From IMG/VR virus record IMGVR_UViG_3300030419_004788, positions 58,977 through 122,976 of that record: a stretch of DNA of 64,000 bases; one strand, 5' to 3'. Position 1 is the stretch's first letter. Each line of letters begins with the position of its first letter. The stretch comes from a virus. Shown here in pieces: positions 57,040 to 64,000 of the stretch. The position numbers and the translations under genes were made by a program. Under the pieces are notes generated by a model, which ran no database searches, was not told the origin of the DNA, and saw nothing but the letters and a program-made list of their open reading frames with translations.

Positions 57040-58223
57040 TCATTTCCTGTTGCGGATTCGACTGCTTCTGCATCTTCTGCTGGCATATCCGCATCGACTT
57101 TTTCGTACAAATCCAAGAGGGACTTTTTGGTGAGGTCATCAAACCGACTCATGCACATCTCAAGAGCAGTTCGTTTGCTACCGAAGATGTTCCATGCTTC
57201 AACGATGTTCACCAAACGGCGAGTTGAAACGACTTCATCAATTCCACCTTCTGCGAAGGTTTTACGGATGATTTCTGCCCATTTGGTCAGATTTTCTGCG
57301 AAGTCCGAATCATCGCAACCGGCCTTGACGAGAATCTTCTTCTCTGTCGCCTTGGTCGCATATGGTTGTTCCATAGTGATTGGGAATCGGTCAAGGAATG
57401 CTTCATTCATGACGCCAGTACCCACGAATCGTCCGTCATCCGAACCTTTACCTTTAGTATTCGCAGTTGCAAACACTTGGAAACCGGCGGCAGGAGTTAC
57501 CCATTGTCCGATTTTCTTCAGGAATACACCCTTACCTTCAAGGACAGGTTGCAAGCACATGATATTTCGTGATGCAAGGTCGACTTCATCAAGAAGAAGA
57601 ACACCACCAGATTTCATTGCGGAAACGACAGGACCATCTTGCCAGACTGTATTACCATTGATAAGACGGAAACCACCTAGAAGGTCATCTTCATCAGTTT
57701 GAGCAGTGATATTGATACGATAACATTCTCGTTTCAATTTCGCACAAACTTGTTCTACCATCAAAGTCTTACCATTACCAGAAAGACCAGTAATGAAGAT
57801 AGGGTAGAATTTGCGAGATTTTACAATCTTGGCGACATTACTAAAGTGACCCCAAGTTACATAACCATCAAATTTTTGTGGGACGAGAGAATCTCTATCG
57901 CCACCGGTCATACCCATCACTAATGATGCGGTATTCATTTCGGGAACGGATTGCTCAACCGCACCCTGTACAGGTGCAACAGGTGCAGGTGCAACAGGTG
58001 CGGGAGCAGAATCCGCAGAATCGACAAATTGTGCGAGTTCGGGGCACTCATACAAACCACGACCTACTTTGCGGGTCGAATCTTGAGTCAACCACGAAGG
58101 TGGACACGCATATGCGCCAGTTGCTTCACACGCATCAAAGATTTCTTGTCTAGACACGGGGGAAGTACATCCGGCAGAAGCCATATGTTTCAAGATTGCG
58201 ATTTGTTTTGGTTTTAGATTCAT
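57027..58223 (-). CDS. cobS: MoxR/CbbQ-type AAA+ ATPase (phage CobS-like) with an N-terminal accessory domain
   Basis: Walker A GLSGNGKT, Walker B LLLDEVD, DDLLGG, ATANTKG, AFLDRF, STRRL; start MNLKPKQ after AAAGGA. Confidence 0.85.
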   Translation of the reverse strand: MNLKPKQIAILKHMASAGCTSPVSRQEIFDACEATGAYACPPSWLTQDSTRKVGRGLYECPELAQFVDSADSAPAPVAPAPVAPVQGAVEQSVPEMNTASLVMGMTGGDRDSLVPQKFDGYVTWGHFSNVAKIVKSRKFYPIFITGLSGNGKTLMVEQVCAKLKRECYRINITAQTDEDDLLGGFRLINGNTVWQDGPVVSAMKSGGVLLLDEVDLASRNIMCLQPVLEGKGVFLKKIGQWVTPAAGFQVFATANTKGKGSDDGRFVGTGVMNEAFLDRFPITMEQPYATKATEKKILVKAGCDDSDFAENLTKWAEIIRKTFAEGGIDEVVSTRRLVNIVEAWNIFGSKRTALEMCMSRFDDLTKKSLLDLYEKVDADMPAEDAEAVESATGNECPF

Positions 58224-58251
58224 AAATTCGATTCCTTTGTTTTTCACTCGT

Positions 58252-58617
58252 ATGCGTATATTGTACCATAATTCTCGGTCTTATGTACCCCTATAGTCCC
58301 TTTTTTATTATCGGACTGACACTATGTTGTCAGTAGGCGGTTAAACCATTGCAAAACAAGCACTTATGAGGCGAGTTTCCCCATATCGGCACCTTCATTA
58401 TTGACCCAAAAACGCACATTGTGGATAACTTGTGGATAAAGTCGTAAGTCCTTTAATACCAAGGGTTTACGATTTTCGTTCGACGCTTAATTAATTTTCG
58501 CCTAAATGCAGTAATATCAATGGTTTAGACACCACATGACAACATAGTGTCAGTCCGATAATAAAAAGTGAACTATAGTGCTACATATTTTGCCCAGTTA
58601 TGGTACAATATACGCAT
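58252..58617. promoter_or_regulatory. Mirror-symmetric divergent control region: two 81-bp inverted arms, three 25-bp palindromes and two DnaA boxes
   Basis: Arms 58252-58332 and 58537-58617 align without gaps (31-bp and 20-bp perfect blocks); TGTGGATAA at 58420-58428 and 58431-58439. Confidence 0.85.
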
Positions 58618-60871
58618 GTTGATGGAAAAAACCCAAGTTAATCGTGCTACCAAGGATATCCTTGCTAAGTGTATGGCAACAGAGGACTTACGAGTCATTC
58701 ATGATGCAAATGCTGAAACTGCGTATTTCGATACTGAAAATCGGGTTTTATGTCTTCCTGTCTGGGAAGATATGTCAAATGCTACCTATGACATGCTTGT
58801 GGGACATGAAGTATCTCACGCATTGCACACTCCAAAAGAGGGTTGGCAAAAGTTTGTCGGTGAAGGTAAAGGTTCACGCATTCGCCACATGTTCTGCAAC
58901 ATTGTTGAAGATGCACGAATCGAACGACTTATTAAAGATAAATTTCCTGGCATTCGCCGTGACTTTGCTACCGCATATGCGGAACTACACGAACGAGATT
59001 TGTTTGAACTAGCAAATCGTACAATCGATATTAATATGCCACTCATTGACCGATTGAACCTTCACTTCAAGTTGGGTTTGTTCGGTTTGGAAACAATTCC
59101 ATTTGCTGATGATGAACAACAATATGTTACTCGCATGGCCGACACAGTAACATTTGAAGATGTTGTTGCACTTGCAAAAGAATTGTACGAAAAACATCAA
59201 GACGAATTAGAAGATGAAGATGAAAATCAACCACAATCTGGTTCGCAATCTGAATCTGGTGATGGTGAATCACAAGATGGTGAATCACAAGATGGTTCAC
59301 AGTCTGGTTCAGAATCTGAAGATGGTGATGAAGAAGAAGGTCAAAATTCTGGTGATGGTGACGAATCTGGTGAAGATTCTGGTCAATCACAAACCGATGA
59401 TACTGATGATGGTGAAGGTGCTGAATCTGGTGAAGGTGAACAACAGCAATCTGGTGATGGTCAATCTGGTTTAGATTATGACGATTACCAATCAGGTGTT
59501 GGACAACCAAGTGCAGGTTCAACTCAAAACGCATTTGAAAATGGTGTCAATGACCTTCGTGCTGAAAATGGTACTCATCATGAGTATCATTCACTACCAA
59601 CAATGAAACTTGAAAACTGTGTAGTCGATTACAACGAAGTAGCCAGCATTTGGGAATCATTTGAGAATAAGTTTTCTGAAAAAGATGAAACTTACTTCCA
59701 ACGATATACTGAAAAAACCGAAAAATCAAAAGCCGATTGTCGTGAATTTCTTCAACGAACTAAATCAACTGTTGCACAAATGGTTCAACACTTCCAAATG
59801 AAGCAAGCAGCCGATGCCGCAAAACGAACAGATATTGCAAAAACTGGCGTTCTTGATACAGTCAACATGATTAACTACCGATGGAGTGAAGACATCTTCC
59901 TAAAGAATGAAGTTCACGCAGATGGTAAAAATCATGGAATCGTCATGTATCTTGACTGGTCTGGTTCAATGTGCAATATCATCAAGGATACAGTTGAACA
60001 ACTTTTAATCCTTACAGAATTCTGTCAAAAGGTTAATATTCCTTTTGATGTCTACGCATTCTCAAGCAAGAATCATCCATCATTGAATGAAACCGATGAT
60101 GAAGGAAAACAATTCAATCACCAATACAACGAACATGGTGTCGATGGCGTATTGCAACCACATGGTTTCTCACTGATTCAATTCTTGTCTTCAGATATGA
60201 AAACAAACGAATACAAGCAAGCAGTTCAAAAATTGTACTACTTGGGTGAAGCAAGTTCATACTACAGTGGTGGATACACTTATCCTTCCGAATTGGGAAT
60301 GGGTTGCACGCCTTTGAACGAAGCAATCATGTGTGCTTTCCATCAAATCCCTGAATTCCAAGCAAAGCATGGTATTCAAATCGTCAATACAGTATTCCTT
60401 ACTGATGGTGACGGACACTCAATGGGTGCGAGTCGTGGGTGGTCTGGAAACAAAGTACTAGTACACGACCCAAAAACTCGTAAAGATTACAATGTCGGTA
60501 ACAAAGGATATAGTGATGAAACTAACACTTATCTTCAGATTCTTCAAGAAAGAACTGGCACAAACCTTATCGGTATTCGTCTTCACGATTCAAAGCATGT
60601 GAAAGGCCTTCAGCATCGATACTTTGGAGGTGAAGATATGACTTCTGCTGCCAAGTCGTGGAAAACAAATAACTTTATCGCAGTCGAAGGACACGGATAC
60701 GACAAACTGTTCATCGTTCGTGGTAATCTTCAAGTTGAAACAGAAGCACTTGATAATCTATCAGAAGACGCATCCTATGCGAAAATCAAGAATGCATTCA
60801 TGAAGGGTGCAAATAACCAAAAGAGCAGTCGAGTCATCGCAACTCAAATGGTAGATATCATCGCCGCATAA
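58616..60871 (+). CDS. CobT-like VWA protein with an N-terminal HExxH metallopeptidase-like domain and an acidic linker
   Basis: AYFDTENRVL.LP.W...DMLVGHEVSHAL; VMYLDWSGSM (MIDAS); GCTP; VFLTDGD; start moved to the ATG 6 nt after TACAAT. Confidence 0.85.
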   Translation: MLMEKTQVNRATKDILAKCMATEDLRVIHDANAETAYFDTENRVLCLPVWEDMSNATYDMLVGHEVSHALHTPKEGWQKFVGEGKGSRIRHMFCNIVEDARIERLIKDKFPGIRRDFATAYAELHERDLFELANRTIDINMPLIDRLNLHFKLGLFGLETIPFADDEQQYVTRMADTVTFEDVVALAKELYEKHQDELEDEDENQPQSGSQSESGDGESQDGESQDGSQSGSESEDGDEEEGQNSGDGDESGEDSGQSQTDDTDDGEGAESGEGEQQQSGDGQSGLDYDDYQSGVGQPSAGSTQNAFENGVNDLRAENGTHHEYHSLPTMKLENCVVDYNEVASIWESFENKFSEKDETYFQRYTEKTEKSKADCREFLQRTKSTVAQMVQHFQMKQAADAAKRTDIAKTGVLDTVNMINYRWSEDIFLKNEVHADGKNHGIVMYLDWSGSMCNIIKDTVEQLLILTEFCQKVNIPFDVYAFSSKNHPSLNETDDEGKQFNHQYNEHGVDGVLQPHGFSLIQFLSSDMKTNEYKQAVQKLYYLGEASSYYSGGYTYPSELGMGCTPLNEAIMCAFHQIPEFQAKHGIQIVNTVFLTDGDGHSMGASRGWSGNKVLVHDPKTRKDYNVGNKGYSDETNTYLQILQERTGTNLIGIRLHDSKHVKGLQHRYFGGEDMTSAAKSWKTNNFIAVEGHGYDKLFIVRGNLQVETEALDNLSEDASYAKIKNAFMKGANNQKSSRVIATQMVDIIAA

Positions 60872-60886
60872 TCCAGTCCTCAACAT

Positions 60887-60922
60887 CGCCCTGTCAGTCC
60901 TACGGATTGGCGGGGCGTTTTT
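60887..60922 (+). terminator. Intrinsic terminator
   Basis: CGCCCTGTCAGTCC-TAC-GGATTGGCGGGGCG-TTTTT. Confidence 0.85.
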
Positions 60923-61018
60923 ACGCGTCGAAGTATATACTACCCGGTACACCCGGTGTCCCAGCAAAATTTTTCTCAGATATATGTGCCATTGGCATAT
61001 ATACTATAGGAGTACAAT

Positions 61019-61315
61019 ATGGTTGCAAAGAAGACTGGGAAAGATTACGATATGGTTGAAGTGCTGTGGATAGATGCAGAAGAACATGGCGAAATTGGAT
61101 GGAACAACCTCAAAGCACAACTGAAGTATGCGAAGAAACCTTGCCCACTGATGCGTTCGATTGGGTTTGAAGTGTGGCGAGATGCCAAACACATCGCACT
61201 AATCAGTTCAATAGGTGACAAGGAATGCAGTAGTGTTGAGAAGATTCCGATTGGTTTCATTGAATCTATAACCAAACTGAGTAGGGGCAAATCTGTCAAA
61301 TTGACATCCGAATAA
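61019..61315 (+). CDS. Conserved phage hypothetical protein, 98 aa
   Basis: VEVLWIDA...W...SIGF...IP...I motif; AGGAG RBS. Confidence 0.7.
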   Translation: MVAKKTGKDYDMVEVLWIDAEEHGEIGWNNLKAQLKYAKKPCPLMRSIGFEVWRDAKHIALISSIGDKECSSVEKIPIGFIESITKLSRGKSVKLTSE

Positions 61316-61388
61316 CCTCGAATCCCCTCTATTTAATCTGGCATTTCAATGTTTGCCATTTACCCCACAATCTCCCACAATACACCAC

Positions 61389-61425
61389 AAAAAACCCCAC
61401 TGGCATTTACTCCAATGGGGTTTTT
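61389..61425. terminator. Bidirectional intrinsic terminator
   Basis: A6-CCCCA...TGGGG-T5 between convergent genes. Confidence 0.75.
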
Positions 61426-61447
61426 AAGACTACGAAAACAACACAAA

Positions 61448-61918
61448 TTACTCTGTTTTCTCTACCTCTGTCTTTCCATTGATTACTTTATTATCACTCA
61501 TAATCTCTATTTTTCGTGGTTTTAATTCTTCGGGTACTACTCTCTCTAGATAGACTCTTAATATACCACAATCAACACTCGCACCATTGACTTCTATATG
61601 GTCTGCAAGTGCAAATGTTCTTGTAAAGTTTCTATACGCAATACCCTTATGGCGATATTTGTCGTCATCTAACTTTACATCTTTATTACCAGTGATTGTA
61701 AGTTTGTTATCCGATACCTCAATATCTAAATCATGTTCACTAAAACCGGCAACAGCCAATTCAACAACACTCTGTGTTTCACTTTCATTTATGATATTGT
61801 AGGGTGGATATTTACTTCCTGTTTGTGTATTGGCGATGTTCGTAAATCTATCAAACATGTCATCAAAGCCAATTCCAAAGTTCATCGGAAACGATAATTC
61901 ATAAAAATTCTCTCTCAT
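61448..61918 (-). CDS. hsp20: Small heat-shock protein Hsp20
   Basis: GFDDMFDR...YPPYNI...VELAVAGF...HKGIAYRNFTRTFALAD...GILRVYLERVVPEELKPRKIEI; promoter TTGACA-N16-TATAAT at 61992-62019. Confidence 0.95.
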   Translation of the reverse strand: MRENFYELSFPMNFGIGFDDMFDRFTNIANTQTGSKYPPYNIINESETQSVVELAVAGFSEHDLDIEVSDNKLTITGNKDVKLDDDKYRHKGIAYRNFTRTFALADHIEVNGASVDCGILRVYLERVVPEELKPRKIEIMSDNKVINGKTEVEKTE

Positions 61919-62033
61919 CTGTATTCTCCTTATGTAAGCAAGAAATTTTATATGGTCGAGTCCCTACTATAGGCAACTCATGTATACCACTATTATATAG
62001 TAAACTGATGTGGTGTCAATGTTTATTTTGTTT

Positions 62034-62375
62034 TTATATGTATACTTCTGCGTATCCTTCGTCTAGTAACATTTGGTTCAAAGATATTTTACGGTCTGGC
62101 AACATAATCGTTCCAAGTATTCTGCCGTACTTACCCTTCTTGTCTATCTCTGTAATGATTGTAAAATCTTTTGAGTATTTGAATGCTTCCTCTACTCGGT
62201 CTTTGGCCGCAAATCCTTGTTTCTTTTCTTCTAAATCTCTTGTGCGAATTTCGGGTGTGTCAATCCCTTTGAGTCGTACTCTCTCTTTGATTCGTACATT
62301 GAAACCCAAATCAATAATACAATCTATGGTATCACCGTCAATCACTCTTAATAGTTTTGCTTTGTATTCATACAT
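62034..62375 (-). CDS. Thermonuclease (SNase-like), copy 1
   Basis: MYEY.AK..RVIDGDT...IDLGF...RVRLKGIDTPE.R...KYGRILG; start re-set to MYEYK. Confidence 0.9.
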   Translation of the reverse strand: MYEYKAKLLRVIDGDTIDCIIDLGFNVRIKERVRLKGIDTPEIRTRDLEEKKQGFAAKDRVEEAFKYSKDFTIITEIDKKGKYGRILGTIMLPDRKISLNQMLLDEGYAEVYI

Positions 62376-62388
62376 GATATAGTATATA

Positions 62389-63117
62389 TCATCTTCTTCG
62401 TCTTGTAAACACCATTGGCAAAAACGCAAAGGTAAACGCAGTATGGCTTTCTGGTACTTGCGTTGCAACAAATGTATACGGTATAACAGGTTCTAATACT
62501 AAAGGAGTTAGTTCTAATGGTGGAACTATGCTATCGGATAATATCACATCATTGTCAAACTCAATTGGCGTTTGTAACATATCATCTAGAATCATATCTG
62601 TTATTGTAGGTATGGTATCCATTGATGTATCAATTAAACTACTCAACGATATCATGTAGTCTATGTTTGGTTTGTTCTGATATGCTTTGATGTCTGATGT
62701 AGACATCAAAACTGGCCATGCACTGGTGTCTACTTTTCGTGGTGCAAGTGTGAGTGTTCTTGTATACTCTAATTCTTCTACTTCTTCATCGTTCTTGTTT
62801 TCTTCTGGTGGTGGTTCGTTCGGAAGTGCAGAAATGAGTTTGTTTGCAGTATCTTTGATGCTGTTGAAACTTTGAATATACTCTGCAATCTTATCCAACA
62901 CATCCTTACCAACAATAGTACCACCAACAACTGCGGCAATGGTCATAGTGAGAATCTTTTTCTCAAGTCCTTTTATCTTTTTATCTCTGGCTTTATTTCT
63001 TTCTTCACATTTGTGTAGTGCATCCTTCGCACTCCGTTCACGAGAATCTTTCTCCTTCTTGAGTTCTTCTACCACTTCATCATAGTCATCACATCTTGGA
63101 CATCTATTATCAACCAT
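62389..63117 (-). CDS. Membrane protein with coiled coil, internal TM segment and PEP-CTERM-like C-terminus, 242 aa
   Basis: ILTMTIAAVVGGTIVG TM segment; ends VPESHTAFTFAFLPMVFTRRRR. Confidence 0.65.
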   Translation of the reverse strand: MVDNRCPRCDDYDEVVEELKKEKDSRERSAKDALHKCEERNKARDKKIKGLEKKILTMTIAAVVGGTIVGKDVLDKIAEYIQSFNSIKDTANKLISALPNEPPPEENKNDEEVEELEYTRTLTLAPRKVDTSAWPVLMSTSDIKAYQNKPNIDYMISLSSLIDTSMDTIPTITDMILDDMLQTPIEFDNDVILSDSIVPPLELTPLVLEPVIPYTFVATQVPESHTAFTFAFLPMVFTRRRR

Positions 63118-63400
63118 TGCTGTTCCCCTTGTGCAATTCCTTCAATGCATCTTGAATCTCTTTACTATCTTCTCTATATGAACTTCTGGTGAGAAACTCA
63201 GACCTTTGCTTGTTCATAGAAAATAACCTATCCATTGCCTTATCGTGGTCACCTTCTATCTGTTTTATTCTTCTACCATTCTCCCCTACCTTCTGTTCCA
63301 TCTTTGTGACTTTGTGTGACCATTTCCATACAAAACCAATCAACGCAAACAGTCCTGCTGTAAGAATAGTTATAGCAATATCTATCCAATCTATTGTCAT
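63110..63400 (-). CDS. Single-TM coiled-coil protein (holin/XhlA-like candidate)
   Basis: MTIDWIDIAITILTAGLFALIGFVWKW then coiled coil; TATAAATA at 63423-63430. Confidence 0.6.
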   Translation of the reverse strand: MTIDWIDIAITILTAGLFALIGFVWKWSHKVTKMEQKVGENGRRIKQIEGDHDKAMDRLFSMNKQRSEFLTRSSYREDSKEIQDALKELHKGNSNG

Positions 63401-63439
63401 TTTAGAAATCTCCGTGCTACAATATTTATACATATTCTA

Positions 63440-63781
63440 ATGTACGAGTATAAAGCAAAACTATTAAGAGTGATTGACGGCGATACGGTAGACTGTATTA
63501 TTGATTTGGGTTTCAATGTACGAATCAAAGAGAGAGTACGACTCAAAGGAATTGACACACCCGAAACTCGTACAAGAGATTTGGAAGAAAAGAAACGAGG
63601 ATTTGCTGCCAAAGAACGAGTGGTGGAAGAATTTAAATGGTCAAAAGATTTCACAATCATTACAGAGATAGACAAGAAGGGTAAGTATGGTAGAATACTT
63701 GGAACGATTATGTTGCCAGACCGTAAAATATCTTTGAACCAAATGTTACTAGACGAAGGATATGCAGAGGTATACGCATGA
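63440..63781 (+). CDS. Thermonuclease (SNase-like), copy 2
   Basis: Same motifs as copy 1; about 92% nucleotide identity by hand count. Confidence 0.9.
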   Translation: MYEYKAKLLRVIDGDTVDCIIDLGFNVRIKERVRLKGIDTPETRTRDLEEKKRGFAAKERVVEEFKWSKDFTIITEIDKKGKYGRILGTIMLPDRKISLNQMLLDEGYAEVYA

Positions 63782-64000
63782 AATCATTCATACAACACAT
63801 CAATGAAAAGTCTGCTGCCTGGCAACGCAAGGAAGGCAAGAACAAAGAGGGCGGATTGAATGCCGCAGGTCGAAAGTCATACGAACGAGAGAATCCTGGC
63901 AGTGACTTGAAAGCACCAGTATCTGCCGCACAAGCAAAGAAGAGCAAAGGTGGCAAAGCAGCCAAAAGACGAAAATCATTCTGTGCAAGAATGGGTGGAA
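63778..64000 (+). CDS. Basic conserved phage protein (DUF6321-like), partial
   Basis: Hand-translated MKSFIQHINEKSAAWQRKEGKNKEGGLNAAGRKSY...RRKSFCARMGG; runs off the right edge. Confidence 0.75.
   Translation, partial: MKSFIQHINEKSAAWQRKEGKNKEGGLNAAGRKSYERENPGSDLKAPVSAAQAKKSKGGKAAKRRKSFCARMGG

Larger units (their letters stand above)
10276..63434. promoter_or_regulatory. T4-type late promoters (dispersed sites within this span): TATAAATA at 10276, 20433, 27877, 63423 (minus) and 36505, 37084 (plus); variants CATAAATA at 4471, 23505, 46486 (minus) and TATACATA at 27033, 40260 (minus) and 63427 (plus)
   Basis: Each lies about 5-80 nt upstream of a start codon, mostly of structural genes; gp33 is present in the window. 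Confidence 0.75.

Noticed and set aside
58568-58615. Track N-terminal extension (GTG start) of the VWA gene, and similar extensions at 27067, 35318, 47012, 47971, 48801, 62471 and 63433
   Set aside because: The extensions overlap promoters or upstream genes and lack homologous-looking sequence; downstream ATGs have better RBS or leaderless context.
59200-59500. Near-repeats GATGGTGAATCACAA in the VWA gene as a functional DNA repeat
   Set aside because: They simply encode the acidic Gly/Ser/Asp/Glu linker typical of CobT-like proteins.
1-64000. Alternative genetic code (stop-codon reassignment)
   Set aside because: Conserved genes (gp6, gp32, ligase, Hsp20) translate full length under the standard code, and all three stop codons end genes normally.

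Overview
This 64 kb window is part of a large, AT-rich T4-like (myovirus) phage genome. The left ~40 kb is the tail/baseplate module (gp48, gp53, hub, gp25, gp6, gp7, gp8 and VrlC-like genes on the minus strand; gp4, tail tube-like, gp26, gp51 and a tape-measure-like gene on the plus strand), followed by gp32 and gp33. The right ~24 kb holds small early/accessory genes, DNA ligase, a tRNA-Cys, a MoxR/CobS-type AAA+ ATPase with its VWA partner, Hsp20 and two thermonucleases. PEP-CTERM-type tails (VPAPG...RRRR) and GACC cysteine repeats suggest a planctomycete (Phycisphaerae-like) host; this is inference. Main unusual observations: (1) a family of giant collagen-anchored, extremely Cys-rich fibre proteins carrying different putative binding modules, with tRNA-Cys as the only tRNA seen; (2) the baseplate hub appears split into two genes around one of these Cys-rich genes, with no gp5 spike at its usual position; (3) a mirror-symmetric ~370 bp control region with twin promoters, palindromic operators and two perfect DnaA boxes between the AAA+ and VWA genes; (4) a ~500 nt structured non-coding RNA candidate; (5) a -1 frameshift signal fusing gp26 to gp51; (6) inverted, apparently gene-converting nuclease copies flanking a late membrane-protein cassette; (7) nine sigma70-like promoters that all have a 16-bp spacer. 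All family assignments come from recognising motifs by eye; no database search was run.
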